NCBI GenBank assembly: GCA_054600435.1
Contig: BAAIJX010000005.1
Coordinates: 372,001 to 436,000, forward strand
Length of the DNA stretch: 64,000 bases
Source of the DNA: Neophaeotheca triangularis
Lineage: Eukaryota
Reading direction: 5' to 3'
Shown here: positions 47,169 to 59,710 of the stretch, one piece after another
Layout: every line of letters starts with the position of its first letter
How positions within the stretch are numbered: position 1 is the first letter of the stretch
Made by a program: the position numbers and the translations under genes
The notes under the pieces: generated by a model
Databases searched by the model: none
Told to the model about the DNA's origin: nothing
What the model saw: only the letters and a program-made list of their open reading frames with translations

Positions 47169-48417
47169 ATGTCCCGATCTAATGAGGTACCGACTGCGCG
47201 ATATAATGGGAGCGAGTCGCGCCGCACTCAGCCCAGCAGGTTCGAAGAGACTTTTGCACGACAGTAAGGTCCCCACCATACGCAGAGATATAATTCAGCA
47301 CTCGCTGACCGCTACTAGGCAACAGATGCGCCCAGCAGGCGAACAGAACGACCCTTGGAACCTTGGACGCCCCACGCCACCCACGACTCTCAGGTATGCG
47401 AATACCTACCCTGGGACCGTCGCCTCCTCCGTCACTCACACCGCTACCAGTGTTCCACCGCCCGGGTTGACAGCAACAGACCGAGCAACACAGCCTTTCC
47501 CTCCTTTCCCAACGACGCAGCCTCAACGCTGGGTTGACGAAAGCACAACCCGACGGGCAGCGGGATACAGAGACATGTCTCACCAATCACCCTGGCCAGC
47601 GTCGCCAATGCTAGGCAGATATTCGCCCTCGTCGCCCATGTCACAATCGCCAGGCATGGAATCCACGCGATCTGGCTACAACAACAGCTGGGAGCAGCCC
47701 CCGTGGCCGCATCTCCGCCGCAGCTCCTCAGACAACGCCAGACTGAGCCAATACCCAGGAGCCTACTTCCCCACTGTCACGACCGACACGCCCAGCAGCG
47801 CCAGCTCCTACGGCAAAACACACCCGCAGCGCCGCCCCTCCAACCGCGACGAATTCGACGGCCCCTCCCAACTCCTCGACAAACCCAGCGACAGCGGCTA
47901 CGAGCCCAAAGAAGACGACCTCCCCCAACTCCCCGTAACCCTCTACGCCCAAGAACAAGACGAGATCCTCTCCGAAGTCAACGACCGCCTATCCCAATCC
48001 GCCTACGACTTCGTCGCCAAATACCAATTCCCCATCCCCCTCGAGCCAGACAAGCGGCCCGTCCGCGTCCCCGGCGACCGCGAATGGTCCGAATGGGTCT
48101 ACCTCCTCAAGCGCCTGGCGACCAAACGCCGCATCCCCGCCCGCGTCCTCTACAACGGCCAGATCAAGCAGCTCATCACGATCCTCGAGAACAGTCTGGA
48201 GATGCGCCACGCCGCCAAGCACCAGTCGCGCCCGCTCAAGGACGACAGGAATATCTTGCAGCTCGTCAGCTCCGGCTTGCAGGTCGCCAAGATTCTGAAG
48301 GACCCTACTGCCATGCGCTATCTGGATCGCTTGTACGTGCAGACGGAGCGCTTGGTTGCTAGTCGTAGGCTTCCGGCGCCGACTTTTACCGCGGGCCCGG
48401 CCGTTTCGGCGCCGTGA
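47169..48417 (+). CDS. Fungal protein of unknown function (disordered N-terminus, helical C-terminal domain)
   Basis: Best model: ATG at 47169 (ACAACATG), intron 47264-47318 (GTAAGG...GCTGAC...TAG), joining the 411-aa ORF. C-terminal AKYQFPIPLEPDKRPV...EWSEWVYLLKRLATKRRIPARVLYNGQIKQL has strong coding bias. Confidence 0.82.
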
Positions 48418-49113
48418 GTGCTTGATGGGGGCTGTAAATGGTGGATGAGGGCGATGCCTAGTATATACTGGTGGTGGTCTGGGGGCAGGTTTCTTTTCTT
48501 GCTGGGTTGGGAGGTACCAAGATCTCCTACAAACGTAAGGCAGCGACTCGTTTGTCTCCCGGCTGTTGGTGCTGCGCATTGTCGCGTGGTGATAGAGACT
48601 CATGCGCATGGAAGCTAGCCGTGGTGCATACTGGCCAGCGCTGAGCGTGGGGTTCGGTTGTTTTGGTCGCGGGAGGCGCCCGAGGCATCATTTCAAGTAC
48701 AGACGGCGCTGGGCTGGCTTGGGATACTTTGGCAATTTGGAAGGCATATTGCAAACAGCGCTGGGAGCGAAACTAAAAGAGCATGGAAAACAGCAAAATA
48801 CCTTCCAAGATGCAAAGAGATTCTCTGAGTAAGGTGTAGGCGAGAGACTTTCGCGACGGCAGCGAGGCGTTTTTGGTAATCTTGTTTAAAATTCAGCTGA
48901 GGGGGTATATACCTATAACTAGCCAAGGTTTTGCTTTTACTTTTGCATTGCAGAACAGTGCCCTGCTGACAATAGCTAGCCACATAATGTGCAGACCCAA
49001 TTGTCTCATCTCGTCTCATCTCTTGAAAAAAGCAAGCATGTCTCTCGTCGCATCTCCTCTCTTGGATCTCCAAGCATGGCATAACTAACGCATTAGGTAT
49101 GCCCACTCGATGC

Positions 49114-51053
49114 TCACTGGCCCAGATCGCGCCTGGAGAAGGCTTCAGCGGGAAGCGCAACGTCGATGGCAGAGCCCTCGTCATCGCTATTGGATCCCTG
49201 CAAACTAGAGTTAGCAACACGGCACGGCACCTCCCAACCCCTCGTTTCTCCGGGTTACTCACCAGAATGTCCTGCCGGGCAGCCTCAATCCTCGCCCGCA
49301 CCAGCTCATCCTCATCCCTACCCAACCCCACCGCGTCCCCACCATCCCCGTCCCCCTCCTGCTCCCCCGCGACACCCTTCGCAGCCTCCCCCTCCTCCTC
49401 CTTTTCACCAGCAACCCTATCCCCCTCCTCCAACCGCGCCACCAACCCAGCAATCCGCAAATCCTTCTCCCACCCCTCCCGCCTCACCTCCTCCAACTCC
49501 CTCACCAACCCCTCCACCCGCTCCTTCCCCGCCCCCTCCCCGCCAACCTTCCGAATCAAAACCGGCTGCAAACCCCTCCCCTTATCCTCCATAGCCCTCA
49601 ACTTCCTCTGAACCCTGCCAACCTCGCCCTCAAGCTCCCGCACCCGCTTCTCCGCTCGCGCGCGGCCCGTCGCAAGCTCCGCTTTCAGCACCGCGATAGC
49701 GCCGTCTTTGAGGCCGACGGAAGCCTTGACGTTGGCGAGCGCGCGTTGCGTCCCTGTCAGCGTGGCTTGGGTGTCGCTCGCGTTTTGTTTAAGAGTGCGG
49801 TAGATGGCGCCTTCGTGGGTGCGGATGGTTTCGGCGGCTTGGTGTTGCTCTTGGGCGTGGGTTCGGAGCGAGGCGAGGCGGGTTTGCAGCGTGTGCGTCT
49901 CTTCGCTCGCTTGCTGCAGCTCGCCTCGCAGTAAGGTGAGTTCTGCGCACTTTTCCGAGTAGCGTTGGGCTGTGGTCTGGAGGGGCTTGAGGTCGGCTTT
50001 CAGGTCGGCTAGCTCTTGCTTGAGTTTGACGCATTCGGTGTGCGCTTCTTTGAGTTTGGCCCTTTGGTCTTCGATCTCGCGGCGCAGAGCTGGGGAGCGG
50101 GCGGCGATGGCCGTCTTTTGGTCTTCTCTGAGCTTGGCCATCTTTTGCTTGTGGTCCTCTTTGGCCGTCTTGAGCTTTTCTTTGAGTTCCTCCTCTTGAT
50201 CTTCGTGCTTCTCGTCAGCAGCATCTAGCTTCTTCTCGAGAGACTCCTTGAGCTTTGCCGTTGCTGCCTTGTGTGTGGCCTCCTTGTCGGTAATTTGCTT
50301 TTTCATGGTCTCAATCTTCTTCTCGCACTTCGCCGCCTGCGCCTCCACCTTCCCTTTCAGAATCCCTTCAAACTCGCTCTTCTTGACGGACCATTTCTCG
50401 GCCAGTTCATTACGGTGAGCAAGCCTCTTCTCCGCGGCCTCGTCTTTGATCTTAGCAATTTCCTCCTGCGTCCTCTCCTGGAGCCGTTTCGCACCGGCCT
50501 CGAGTTCATAGATTCTGTGCTTCTGCTGGCTTATGGTAACGCTGTCGCCACCGCTGATCTGCTTCCGCAGCTGCTCGATAGTCTGTTCGTGCTCCCGAAT
50601 CCTGTTGACGAGAAATTGGTCATCCTCCTCGGATATCATCTTCTCAACACGCTCCTTCATAGACATCGCGCCACCGGCTTCCGCCGACGTAGCTGTTTGG
50701 TGGTCTTTGACGGCGGCTCGGACCTGAACTGGCTTGCCGCCGCTGCTCTTGACGTCGACTGCATTGTAGATCGATCCAGAGCTGCTGAGCTCGCTGCCGT
50801 CGTCACTCCCATCGTCTTCACTAGATCCCTCCTCACCTTCATCGTCATCCTGCTTTGCACTTCCGCCACGGGTACTCAAACCCAAAGTCCGACCCATCAG
50901 CCTGGGCTTCTTCTTGTTGGAGGACTCCATGCCAGTTGGGGCGGAGCGCTTGGAGGAGGTCGAAGAAGCACTGCTGGTCTTGGGGCTGGACTTTGGTGGC
51001 GACTCAGTAGTGTTGCCAAGTCCAACACGGTCCAGTTCACTGTCGTGCGCCAT
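49114..51053 (-). CDS. Hypothetical long coiled-coil protein
   Basis: First ATG at 51053 (MAHDSELD), NLS-like KKKPR and a K/E-rich heptad region. Intron 49198-49262 (GTGAGT...GCTAAC...CAG) gives the end GSNSDDEGSAIDVALPAEAFSRRDLGQ*, so the non-coding-looking tail of the 810-aa ORF is probably not used. Confidence 0.75.
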
Positions 51054-52745
51054 GGCGAAGTGTCGAACAGTGAATTCTGGGCTCAAGATAACCTTGTAAT
51101 TGAGTAGAGGTTGTGGTATTTCCAAGTGAGGATGCTATCCAATTTGGATACTACCAAGAGCTGAACTGAGATTGTAGTCGTCCGAGATTGTGGGAGTTTT
51201 GGCAGGAGTTGTAAAGAAGAGAAGGAAACCGCAAGATGGTTTGACAATAAGCGCGTGCAGCCAGCAGCTCACGTGAGGATGCAGACTCCTACCGTTTGGC
51301 CCTCCTATTGTCGAACAGTACTTAAGAGAGAATTAACGGTTTAGAGCTGAAGCTGCTGTAGTATCAACAAGCAACCTCACCCTAATGCGGTCTGTCGGTG
51401 ATTAGAACATCTTCGTATTCTTTTCGTGCTGGAGTTGGCGCGTCGGTATGTCGAAAGGTACGCCAAGCCACGGGCACGAATGATGCTCGAGCAAATATGA
51501 TATGACGTACCACGCATGTGGACAATCTCGCTGTTGCCTGATCGAAGGCGTCATCCAGGAGGCTCGTGAAAGCGCTGTTGCACGTGCGCGCTTCCCCGAT
51601 CGAATATCCTGCTCCTACCAAGTGAATGTAGCGGGAGGCAATATACGGACTAGCTTAGAAAGTTGGGGGTTTAGCGTACGTGGAGTACGGATTCTGTGGG
51701 TGTCGGACGCTCTCATGCAGGCAAGAATTGGTAGAGGATGAAGTGATTTGTCGAGTCGCTTGAGCCAATAGCTTGACAATCACGAAAAACTCTAGCAAAG
51801 CGATACTTGCCATGTAGAAGTCACTTTGTCTCCGAGAACCAGAGGAATGTCTGGATCAAGCTTTCTCACAAGACACTGGCATCATTCACCTACCTGAACA
51901 TGACCATCCAGCAAAGCTCCGACTACGACTACTAACTCGGCACGCTGTGGCTTATTTGAGGCCGTCAGTTCAATCCAGCCTTACCAACCTAGGGTCTGAT
52001 CAGACTGCCATGAGTCGTTCTGTCCTTCGTAGTTGAGTTTTGGTTCGGAGTTCCGTTGCTGGCGCGGCCTGGAGGGAGATGGGTCGGCGAGCGTCAAGTC
52101 GAGAGCGTCGACCGGACCTCGAAGTGCCATAGCAATCCTCCCAGACTTTTGAGTAGGACGATCGTTATAGAATGGTATCGTTGTGTTGTGACGAAGGGTC
52201 CAGACGCAAGAGGGTTTCCGATGCCTTTGGTATTGTTGGCAGATGATCCATCGCCACCTTGATATATAAGCGTACGACCTTGAAGCAGATCGTCGCTTTG
52301 ATAACACATTAAGTCGCATCTGTCTGTGCTGCATCTCGCGGTCATTCGAGTGCAAGGGAGTGTTCTAGAAATCAGAAAAGCAGCATGCGAAAGAGGGGAG
52401 GTTGTCGTCTCGGCAGCACCTCGGCACCGCACCGCGATCCGCCAAGATTTCATTCAAGAATAATTCGAGGCGGTACGTCGGCAGACACGAGAACGCGGGC
52501 GACAACAAGCATACCACCTTCTGCCTCCACCTACAAGTCCGGACCTCACTGCCACTCGACCGGTCTGACCCTCGGAAATCGATCCGCGAAAGCTCAAGGG
52601 TACTTCACAACACCGAGACTGTCATTGTGCAAGGACGCTCCTCTGCTGGAACTAACGACTGCCGGACACAACTGAAGTGAATTGAGAGGATATTGAGGAG
52701 AATCCCAACGCGCGTGCAAGGACGAAAGAATCAAAAACCGCCATT

Positions 52746-54050
52746 ATGCCTGGGCTGCCAAAGCTCTCCCTTGTGGAGGGTGGGTTCGAGGAGTTGGCAC
52801 TGGAGATGGCCACATACTTGGACCAACTGAGGGGGGAATCTTCAAAGGTGGTCGCTGAGATTACACCGATGCTGGCAGATGCAGAGAAGGAGGATGCGCC
52901 TAAAGAGACGGACAAGACGAGCGTGCTTAAGAAGCTCGTTCTTCCCAGCTCGGCTCTGAACAGTGCGCCGGAAAGGGAGATTCAAGCAGCCTACAACCTT
53001 CTGATACACTTGATCTCGCAAGCTGAAGAGCCGGACATGTTCTTGGGCAAGGTTTGCGACTTCCTCAAGCAGCCCATTACCTCTTCTCCCACAAACGGCT
53101 CAGGCATTGCGCTTTCGATATTGAGCACTCTCTTCAACACTGTGGATCCTGACGACGAAACCCGCTACAACATTCTCCTCGCCATTGTCACAATCATCAA
53201 GAACTCCGGCAACTTTGAGACTCTCCGTCCACAACTCAAGAGCCTCGACTCCTGGATCGTGGAGTGGGAGCTAGAGGCCGAGGACCAGCGCAAGCTATTC
53301 CTTGCCATCTCCGAGACCGCTTCCTCCGCCGGCGCACCAGAAGACAGCTACTACTACCTCCTCCGCGCCGTCCGCACCCTCCAAGATGCTCAAACAGCCT
53401 CCAGCCCCGAAGCCCGCGACCTCAGCCTCCGCGCCCTCAAAGCAGCCCTGCAAAGCGAGCGCCACTTTGACTTCCAAGATCTGACTGCACTCGACAGCAT
53501 CCAATCCCTGCGTAAGAGCGACGCAGTCTGGTCTGAGCTGCTCGAGCTCTTCAGCAGCGAGAACTTTGACGACTTCCAAGACTTTAAGGAAGCCAACAAC
53601 ACTTTCCTCGGCGATAACAAAATCGACGAAGACATCCTGGACCGCAAGATGCGCCTGCTCACGCTCGCCTCGCTCGCCGCCCACGCCAGCAACACCCGCA
53701 CTCTGCCGTACGGCCAGATCGCCAAAGCGCTGCAGATTCCGAGCGCCGACGTCGAGATGTGGGTCATTGACTGCATCCGCTCCGGGCTCGTGGAGGGCAA
53801 GTTGAGCCAGCAGAAGCAGGAGTTCCTCATCCACCGCAGCACTTACAGAGTCTTTGGCGACAACCAATGGCGCGAGGTGGCCTCGAGGTTGGAGACATGG
53901 AAGGGCAGCTTGCAGAACGTGTTGGCTGTCATTAAGCAGCAGAAGGAAGACTTTGTCAAGGAGAAGGAGGCGGAGTTGCAGGGTGAGCGCGTGGGCCAGG
54001 GGTACAGGCCGGGTTGGAAGGCGAGGAATACTACGGTTGAGGTCGAGTAA
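52746..54050 (+). CDS. Translation initiation factor 3 subunit M (PCI domain)
   Basis: VEGGFEELALEMATY, AAYNLLIHL, RKMRLLTLASLAA, VEMWVIDCIRSGLVEGKLSQ and HRSTYRVFGDNQW. Confidence 0.92.
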   Translation: MPGLPKLSLVEGGFEELALEMATYLDQLRGESSKVVAEITPMLADAEKEDAPKETDKTSVLKKLVLPSSALNSAPEREIQAAYNLLIHLISQAEEPDMFLGKVCDFLKQPITSSPTNGSGIALSILSTLFNTVDPDDETRYNILLAIVTIIKNSGNFETLRPQLKSLDSWIVEWELEAEDQRKLFLAISETASSAGAPEDSYYYLLRAVRTLQDAQTASSPEARDLSLRALKAALQSERHFDFQDLTALDSIQSLRKSDAVWSELLELFSSENFDDFQDFKEANNTFLGDNKIDEDILDRKMRLLTLASLAAHASNTRTLPYGQIAKALQIPSADVEMWVIDCIRSGLVEGKLSQQKQEFLIHRSTYRVFGDNQWREVASRLETWKGSLQNVLAVIKQQKEDFVKEKEAELQGERVGQGYRPGWKARNTTVEVE

Positions 54051-54470
54051 AGGGGTTCATGCTTGATGATGGAGTCGTGAGACAAGGCGTGTGTTTGACT
54101 CGTTCGTAGCTTTTGCGAGGTAAAAGAGCTAGTGCCTTTGTCTGCAGACTAGCTTGACAATTAAAACTTTCTACATTTCGATCACTGGATTGACTCCGAC
54201 TGGCCCTGGCAACGTGGTTTCTGTCCCCCGGTTCAGGGATTGGGTCACACCGAAAGAGGCCGCGTTGAAAGAGCTTTATCCGTCGTTGCAAATCCTGCTG
54301 TCACAGCCCCTTCCACTCTACGCTACTTGATTGACACATACTCGTGGTCGTACCAGTAGTCCAGCCAAGTATAGAAGCTACCTATTAAAAAGCACTTACC
54401 ATTAACGGACTCCACTGACTTCGCTTGGCAGTACTCAAAAAATTTGGCAGAAAAGAAAAAAAGAGCAAAA

Positions 54471-54549
54471 ACATACAACAGGTGGGATTCCCACGTGGTC
54501 ACCCACCGTAGTACTAGTCACCCGCTTCAGTGCTTGAATATGGCAGAGC
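54471..54549 (-). pseudogene. 5'-truncated 5S rRNA copy (3' 79 nt)
   Basis: Minus strand GCTCTGCCATATTCAAGCACTGAAGCGGGTGACTAGTACTACGGTGGGTGACCACGTGGGAATCCCACCTGTTGTATGT matches the 3' two-thirds of ascomycete 5S rRNA and is followed by T-runs. The 5' ~40 nt (ACATACGACCATA...) are absent. Confidence 0.85.
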
Positions 54550-55627
54550 AAAAGGTAGGATAGCTGTCCCGTATCGAGGTAGTAGCGTAGTAGCGTAGTA
54601 CCTAGGTAAGGTGTAGGTAGGTACGGAGGTATCTAGGTACCTAGGTGGTAGGTAGGTAGTATTCGGGGAAAGTACCTTTAGTTAGTAAGCGTGCTAAAGT
54701 GGCAATATCACTACGGCCACACGGCTTCGCCGCGAGCCGTAGTAATATTGTGGATGCCTTAGATTCACTGAGCTCTGGTCGTATCTTCCTCTCACCATCA
54801 AGACTAGTGAACCATTGGCAGTACTCGTAACATCTCTCCGTACCATGTCCGTCCAACAGCTCTCGCTGGGCTCTGAGCTACAAGTGGAAACCCAAGGTCT
54901 TTTAAGCGAGGTATTCAGAATTGAAGAAGGGACGGCATTGTCCAAGACTTCTCAAGTAGTATGTATCCCGGCGGAACGAACGGCACTACGGTCCCGTCAA
55001 GGTGTCTCCCAGACGATCATACTGCTGATGCTTCCACTGTCCTGCAGGATGAAATCGGCGTCGGTAGCTACGACGCCCGACTCGATGGTATGTGATGATT
55101 TTGTGTGCCTGGTATCCAGGGAGAGACAGGTGAGGTCGGCATCTACGAGCGCCGAGAGATGCATATTGGCCTGCACAAGCGTCTCGGCGGAGATTGAAGC
55201 CGGGGCTCACACGTTCTAAAGAGGCCGAGCAGCCGACTTGGAGAAAGGAGATGGGGAAGATGGGGTTGCTGTTGCTGCCGCCTGCTCTTCGTGGCGTAGT
55301 CTGACAATGGAGAATGCGAGAGCAATGCGAAGGGGGGAGAAGCAGCACAATCATAATATCTTGCTTGGCCTCCCACTATCATATCATACCTTCACATACC
55401 TAACCCCTACCGAACTTCTACATTGCCCACGCGAGCCCACGTTCACAAAGACATTGCCAAGACCAGGACGCTTGCTTGTCTTGACTGCACCCCACCTTTG
55501 CACGCCCGATGCCCACCCAAGCGGTCGGCTCTTAGAGGTAAACTCCAGCCTCATCTACCATCTCGTGTTCGTTCGATCGTACGTTTGATTCTAACTCAAG
55601 TATGGCAGACAACGCAAGTCATCAGCT

Positions 55628-57471
55628 ATGGCTCAAGAAGGGTCTTCTGCAGTACGTGGGTTTATAGGCAAAGACCTTCCAGAAGGACAGCGGCTTGCGC
55701 TCGAAGAAGGCCACGATGCAGACATTCCTACCAATGAGGGCATTGTGAACCCTACCGACGGCAAGATTATCGACCCTGCAAAAGAACAAGATATCGACAA
55801 TCCCAACCGTCACTCCTCGACGAGCTCTACAAGCCATGGAGCAAACGAAACCAACGATCCAGAAAAAGCGCAACCCGCTGCAACAAGTCAAGAACACGAT
55901 CCCAACCTCGTCGATTGGGATGGACCAGATGATCCAATGAACCCCATGAACTGGTCCGCAAAGAAGAAATGGAGCAACATTTTCATCCTCTCAACCATCA
56001 CCCTGCTGGTACCACTGGGTTCGTCCTTCTTCGCCCCCGGCGTCCCGCAAGTAATGCGTGAGTTCGGCACCACGTCCCAATCGCTGGCAACCTTCGTCGT
56101 GTCCGTGTACGTTCTGGGTTTCGCGTTCGGTCCGCTTGTGATTGCGCCGATGAGTGAACTCCACGGACGTCTGCCCGTCTATCATGTCTGCAACTTCGCT
56201 TTCCTTTGTTGGACTATTGGTGCAGCACTGGCGCCTAGCATGGACTCTTTGATAGCTTTTCGGTTCTTGCAAGGGCTTTTCGGCGTAGCTGTGATGACTT
56301 TGGGAGGCGGTACGATTGGAGATATCATGGAGCCCGCGAAGAGAGGTGGTGCTATGGCTATCTGGGCGCTGGGCCCTCTGCTTGGGTACGTTTTTTTTTT
56401 CTTTTTTTGGGGCTTTGCGTGCGCTCATAGAAACTGACCCAGACGTTTAGTCCTGTCATTGGACCAGTTGCTGGTGGTTTCCTGAGCGAGAATGTTGGTT
56501 GGAGATGGATTTGTAAGTCTTATCTCGTTCCGGTTTAGGGAAGAAGCGACTGACGTTGAATAGTTTGGGTCCTCGCCATAGCGACCGGGGTAGTTGCCAT
56601 TGCAGCTTTCTTCGTAATGGGGGAGACCTACGCTCCGATTCTACTCGAGACGAAAACGAAACGCCTCCAGAAAGAAACGGGCAACATGGATCTCATCTCG
56701 AAACTCGATAATGGTCTAAGCGTCAAGGAACTTTTCATCCGGGCCCTCGTTCGGCCCTCCAAACTCATGTTCCTATCCCCGATTTGCGCGCTCATGGCAC
56801 TATACATGGCAATAGTCTACGGTGGTACGTCTGCCAGGACCACTAGACCCTCATCAACCAGCTGACACAATGTCTCACCAGTCTTCTACCTCCTCTTCAC
56901 AACCTTCACCTTCGTCTTCGAAGACCTCTACGGCTTCTCCACCTCCACAGTCGGTCTAGTCTACATCGGTACAGGCATAGGCATGCTACTCGGCCTGGGC
57001 GTCCTGGGCTTCAGCTCCGACCGCATTGTTAAACACCTCGCCGCCAAGAACAACGGAGTCCTGAAACCCGAATTCCGCCTTCCGCCGCTCATGTACGCGG
57101 GACCACTCATCCCTGTTGGCTTGTTCATCTATGGTTGGACGGCCCAATACCAGACCCACTGGGTGGTGCCCCTGTTTGGAACCCTTGTCGTGGGCGTGGG
57201 CCTCATCGCCGCCTTCATGTGCATCAACACCTATCTTGTCGACTGCTTCGGCGTTTATGCGGCGAGTGCTATTGCGGCAAACACAGTTCTTCGGAGTATC
57301 TTTGGCAGTGTTATGCCCTTATTCGGCCTACAAATGTACGACGCGATGGGTCTGGGGTGGGGAAATAGCCTTTTGGCTTTCATAATGTTGGCTATGACGC
57401 CTATCCCTTATTGGTTTTATGTTAAGGGGGAGTGGTTGAGGACGAATCCGAAATTCCAGGTCAATCTCTAG
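55628..57471 (+). CDS. MFS multidrug transporter (DHA1 family)
   Basis: VDWDGPDDPMNPMNWS, GPLVIAPMSELHGR, FRFLQGLFG, GPLLGPVIGPVAGGFL, GWRW, ETYAP, PEFRL and GLGWGNSLLAF. Introns 56386-56450, 56513-56563 and 56825-56881. Confidence 0.95.
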
Positions 57472-59710
57472 ATGGGATGGTTTCTCAATCGTCGTTGCAT
57501 AGCGTTGGCTTCGATAGATGGTTGGTATAGATATCTCATTTAGCTCACCTTACACTAGTGGTTCGAGCACTGCACACACCGGCAACAGCGGCACGAATGG
57601 TCTGCTTAAGTCGCTTCCTGGCGCTCACAGGGTACCGTGGCTTGAACAAGCTCGGTCTCCCGAGACAATGCAGGCGTTGCCATAAAGCTTCCCAGGCGAG
57701 GGACTCAACGGCGGCGAGACTCTCCCGCTCGCTGGGAACAAGTACTCTATAAACCAGCATCGACATTGCATGGGTCATCGTCTTGCGGCCACGGCCAAAT
57801 AACAAGGAAATTAATCCCTCGGTTCTCACGCTACCTGACCACGACCTATCCTCCTCCGGCTTCACTGGCTGAAGTATTCTCTTTGACGAAATGCCAGCGT
57901 GCTTCTTCTCGCGTTCAACCGCATCCACGCCCGCCGAGGAGGGGTTTATCATCTCTGCAGTGAGGTGGAAGGAGGTCTCCGGGCGAGCTAAGGAGAGTGA
58001 GAAGACCAACATATTGTTGCCCCAAGCAGCCCCTGGCACATTCACGCCCGGCACATCGCCTCCCACCTCACCCTCCCGAACTCACAAGCAAGCCGCCGAG
58101 AGTCCCCCGACGACCCCAATCAAGCCCCACAAGTCCTTGCTCCTCGGCACCAAAACCTCTTCACCACTACAACACCAAGCCCCCTAGCCCAAACCGGCCA
58201 ACCAGAGCAAGACGCCTCAAAAGGGACGTCCAGGTCCCTCCTCCGCCCAAACCCCCCGCCATCTTATCCTTGGTCGCCCTCCATGTCTGCAATCCCAACG
58301 GCCAGAGATCAAAGCGCCTTAAACATACCAGCATCAGCGCCGAGAACGCCGAGAGTATCACACGGCTTTGTGTGCTCGCCTTCTACAACGACTACACCGC
58401 AGCATCTTAACGATCTAATTCCAGCTCCCGGCAATCTCGGCCGTGATCTCGCGGGCTCTTCGCCCTGGTTGTGATAGCTGTGGCCCCAGCCACCCGTCCT
58501 TGCGGTGCGCGGCTTTGGCTTCCTATCAGCTCTACCGAACGAGCGCGCAGGCAGTCTGACTTGTCCAATCGCTTATTGCAGTTGCAGTTGCATTATCATC
58601 AGCATCCATCCTTTTGAACATATCCGTCCCGTTCAAGAACCGGGCTTGACCTCCAGGCGCCAAAAAAAAAAACCCCCCCGACTCCAACATGGGTCTGTCT
58701 TAAGCTCTGGTGCTTGGTCATTCGGTGCCGAAAATTGAAGAGTCCCTGCTATAGTGAGCCGCTGCGAGCGTCTCTACTCGAGCTGCAGAGAAATTTTGTC
58801 GAAGAATAGATGTCTCTGGCATGTGGACCGCAAATTAAGCCACTATCGACGCCCCTGTACCTGTCCTTTCTTTCAACTCGGAAATTCCACCAGCCTCACC
58901 ATGGCATACAACAATGCGCGATGTGGATATCTTCGTCCGCCTCGAAGGCATAGTCCGTGAGGAGTTGCGCATCCGGTGCTCCGTGAGGGATTCTTTTAAG
59001 TCTTTCACTGACTGGGGCTCAATGCGCGGAGAGTGAGACGATGCGGCTTGAGCGCGCGGAAGTCCCTCTCCCTCCCTGTCAAGGCAAAGTGTCTGAGGGA
59101 AGGGGCAACGATCATGGGAAGAAACGCGGTAAAAGGAAGTGTTGGGGGGATAGGTAGAAAGCGACAAAATTGGAACGGTTGCAACAGGGCCAGTCCGGGT
59201 ACAGCTACTTAGCCAAGTACCGTATCGGCACTGCTATCTAGCTAGCACGACGTCAACCCAGCTCGCCATCAACACACCCCCAGCAACCGACCAACCAATC
59301 AGCCAAAGCCAGCTACATGGATCGCCAGCCCGGACCAAAGATGCCCGAGAAAAGAAACACCGTCCCTCATGCTCTCCAGTGCTAAGCGTAATCGTTACTC
59401 AGCAACGCACGCTCATGCTCAAGTCGTATCCATCGCGTGATGTTGCAGAAAAAGATCGTAGTAGTAGTGTGAGGTTACTCGTTTGTAACATGCCGTTTCG
59501 AGAGAAAGAAGAACAAAGAATCGCATGGCCCCTGAAAACTCCATCGCTCGCTCGCTCGCTAGCTTCGACCCAAACAAACGCATCGTTCGTCTCAAATTTT
59601 TCGTATCGTATCCATGTCGTGAAGTTTATTTGTCGTGGAAAAGTGTGCTTGTTTCCCCTTTTACAACCCCTTCTCCCCTCGCATACAATCCGTGAGCTTC
59701 CCTCTCATCC

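Noticed and set aside
48693..49197. C-terminal extension of the 810-aa ORF
   Set aside because: A canonical intron at 49198-49262 shifts the frame to a stop at 49114; the extension looks like 3' UTR.
18779..57471. ADH, GFA, AKR and MFS as a detoxification or secondary-metabolite cluster
   Set aside because: They are scattered over 39 kb among housekeeping genes, with no PKS, NRPS, terpene synthase or cluster transcription factor.
57545..58474. Overlapping 100-170 codon open frames between the MFS gene and the 989-aa gene
   Set aside because: Explained by C-rich composition; no motif or good start.
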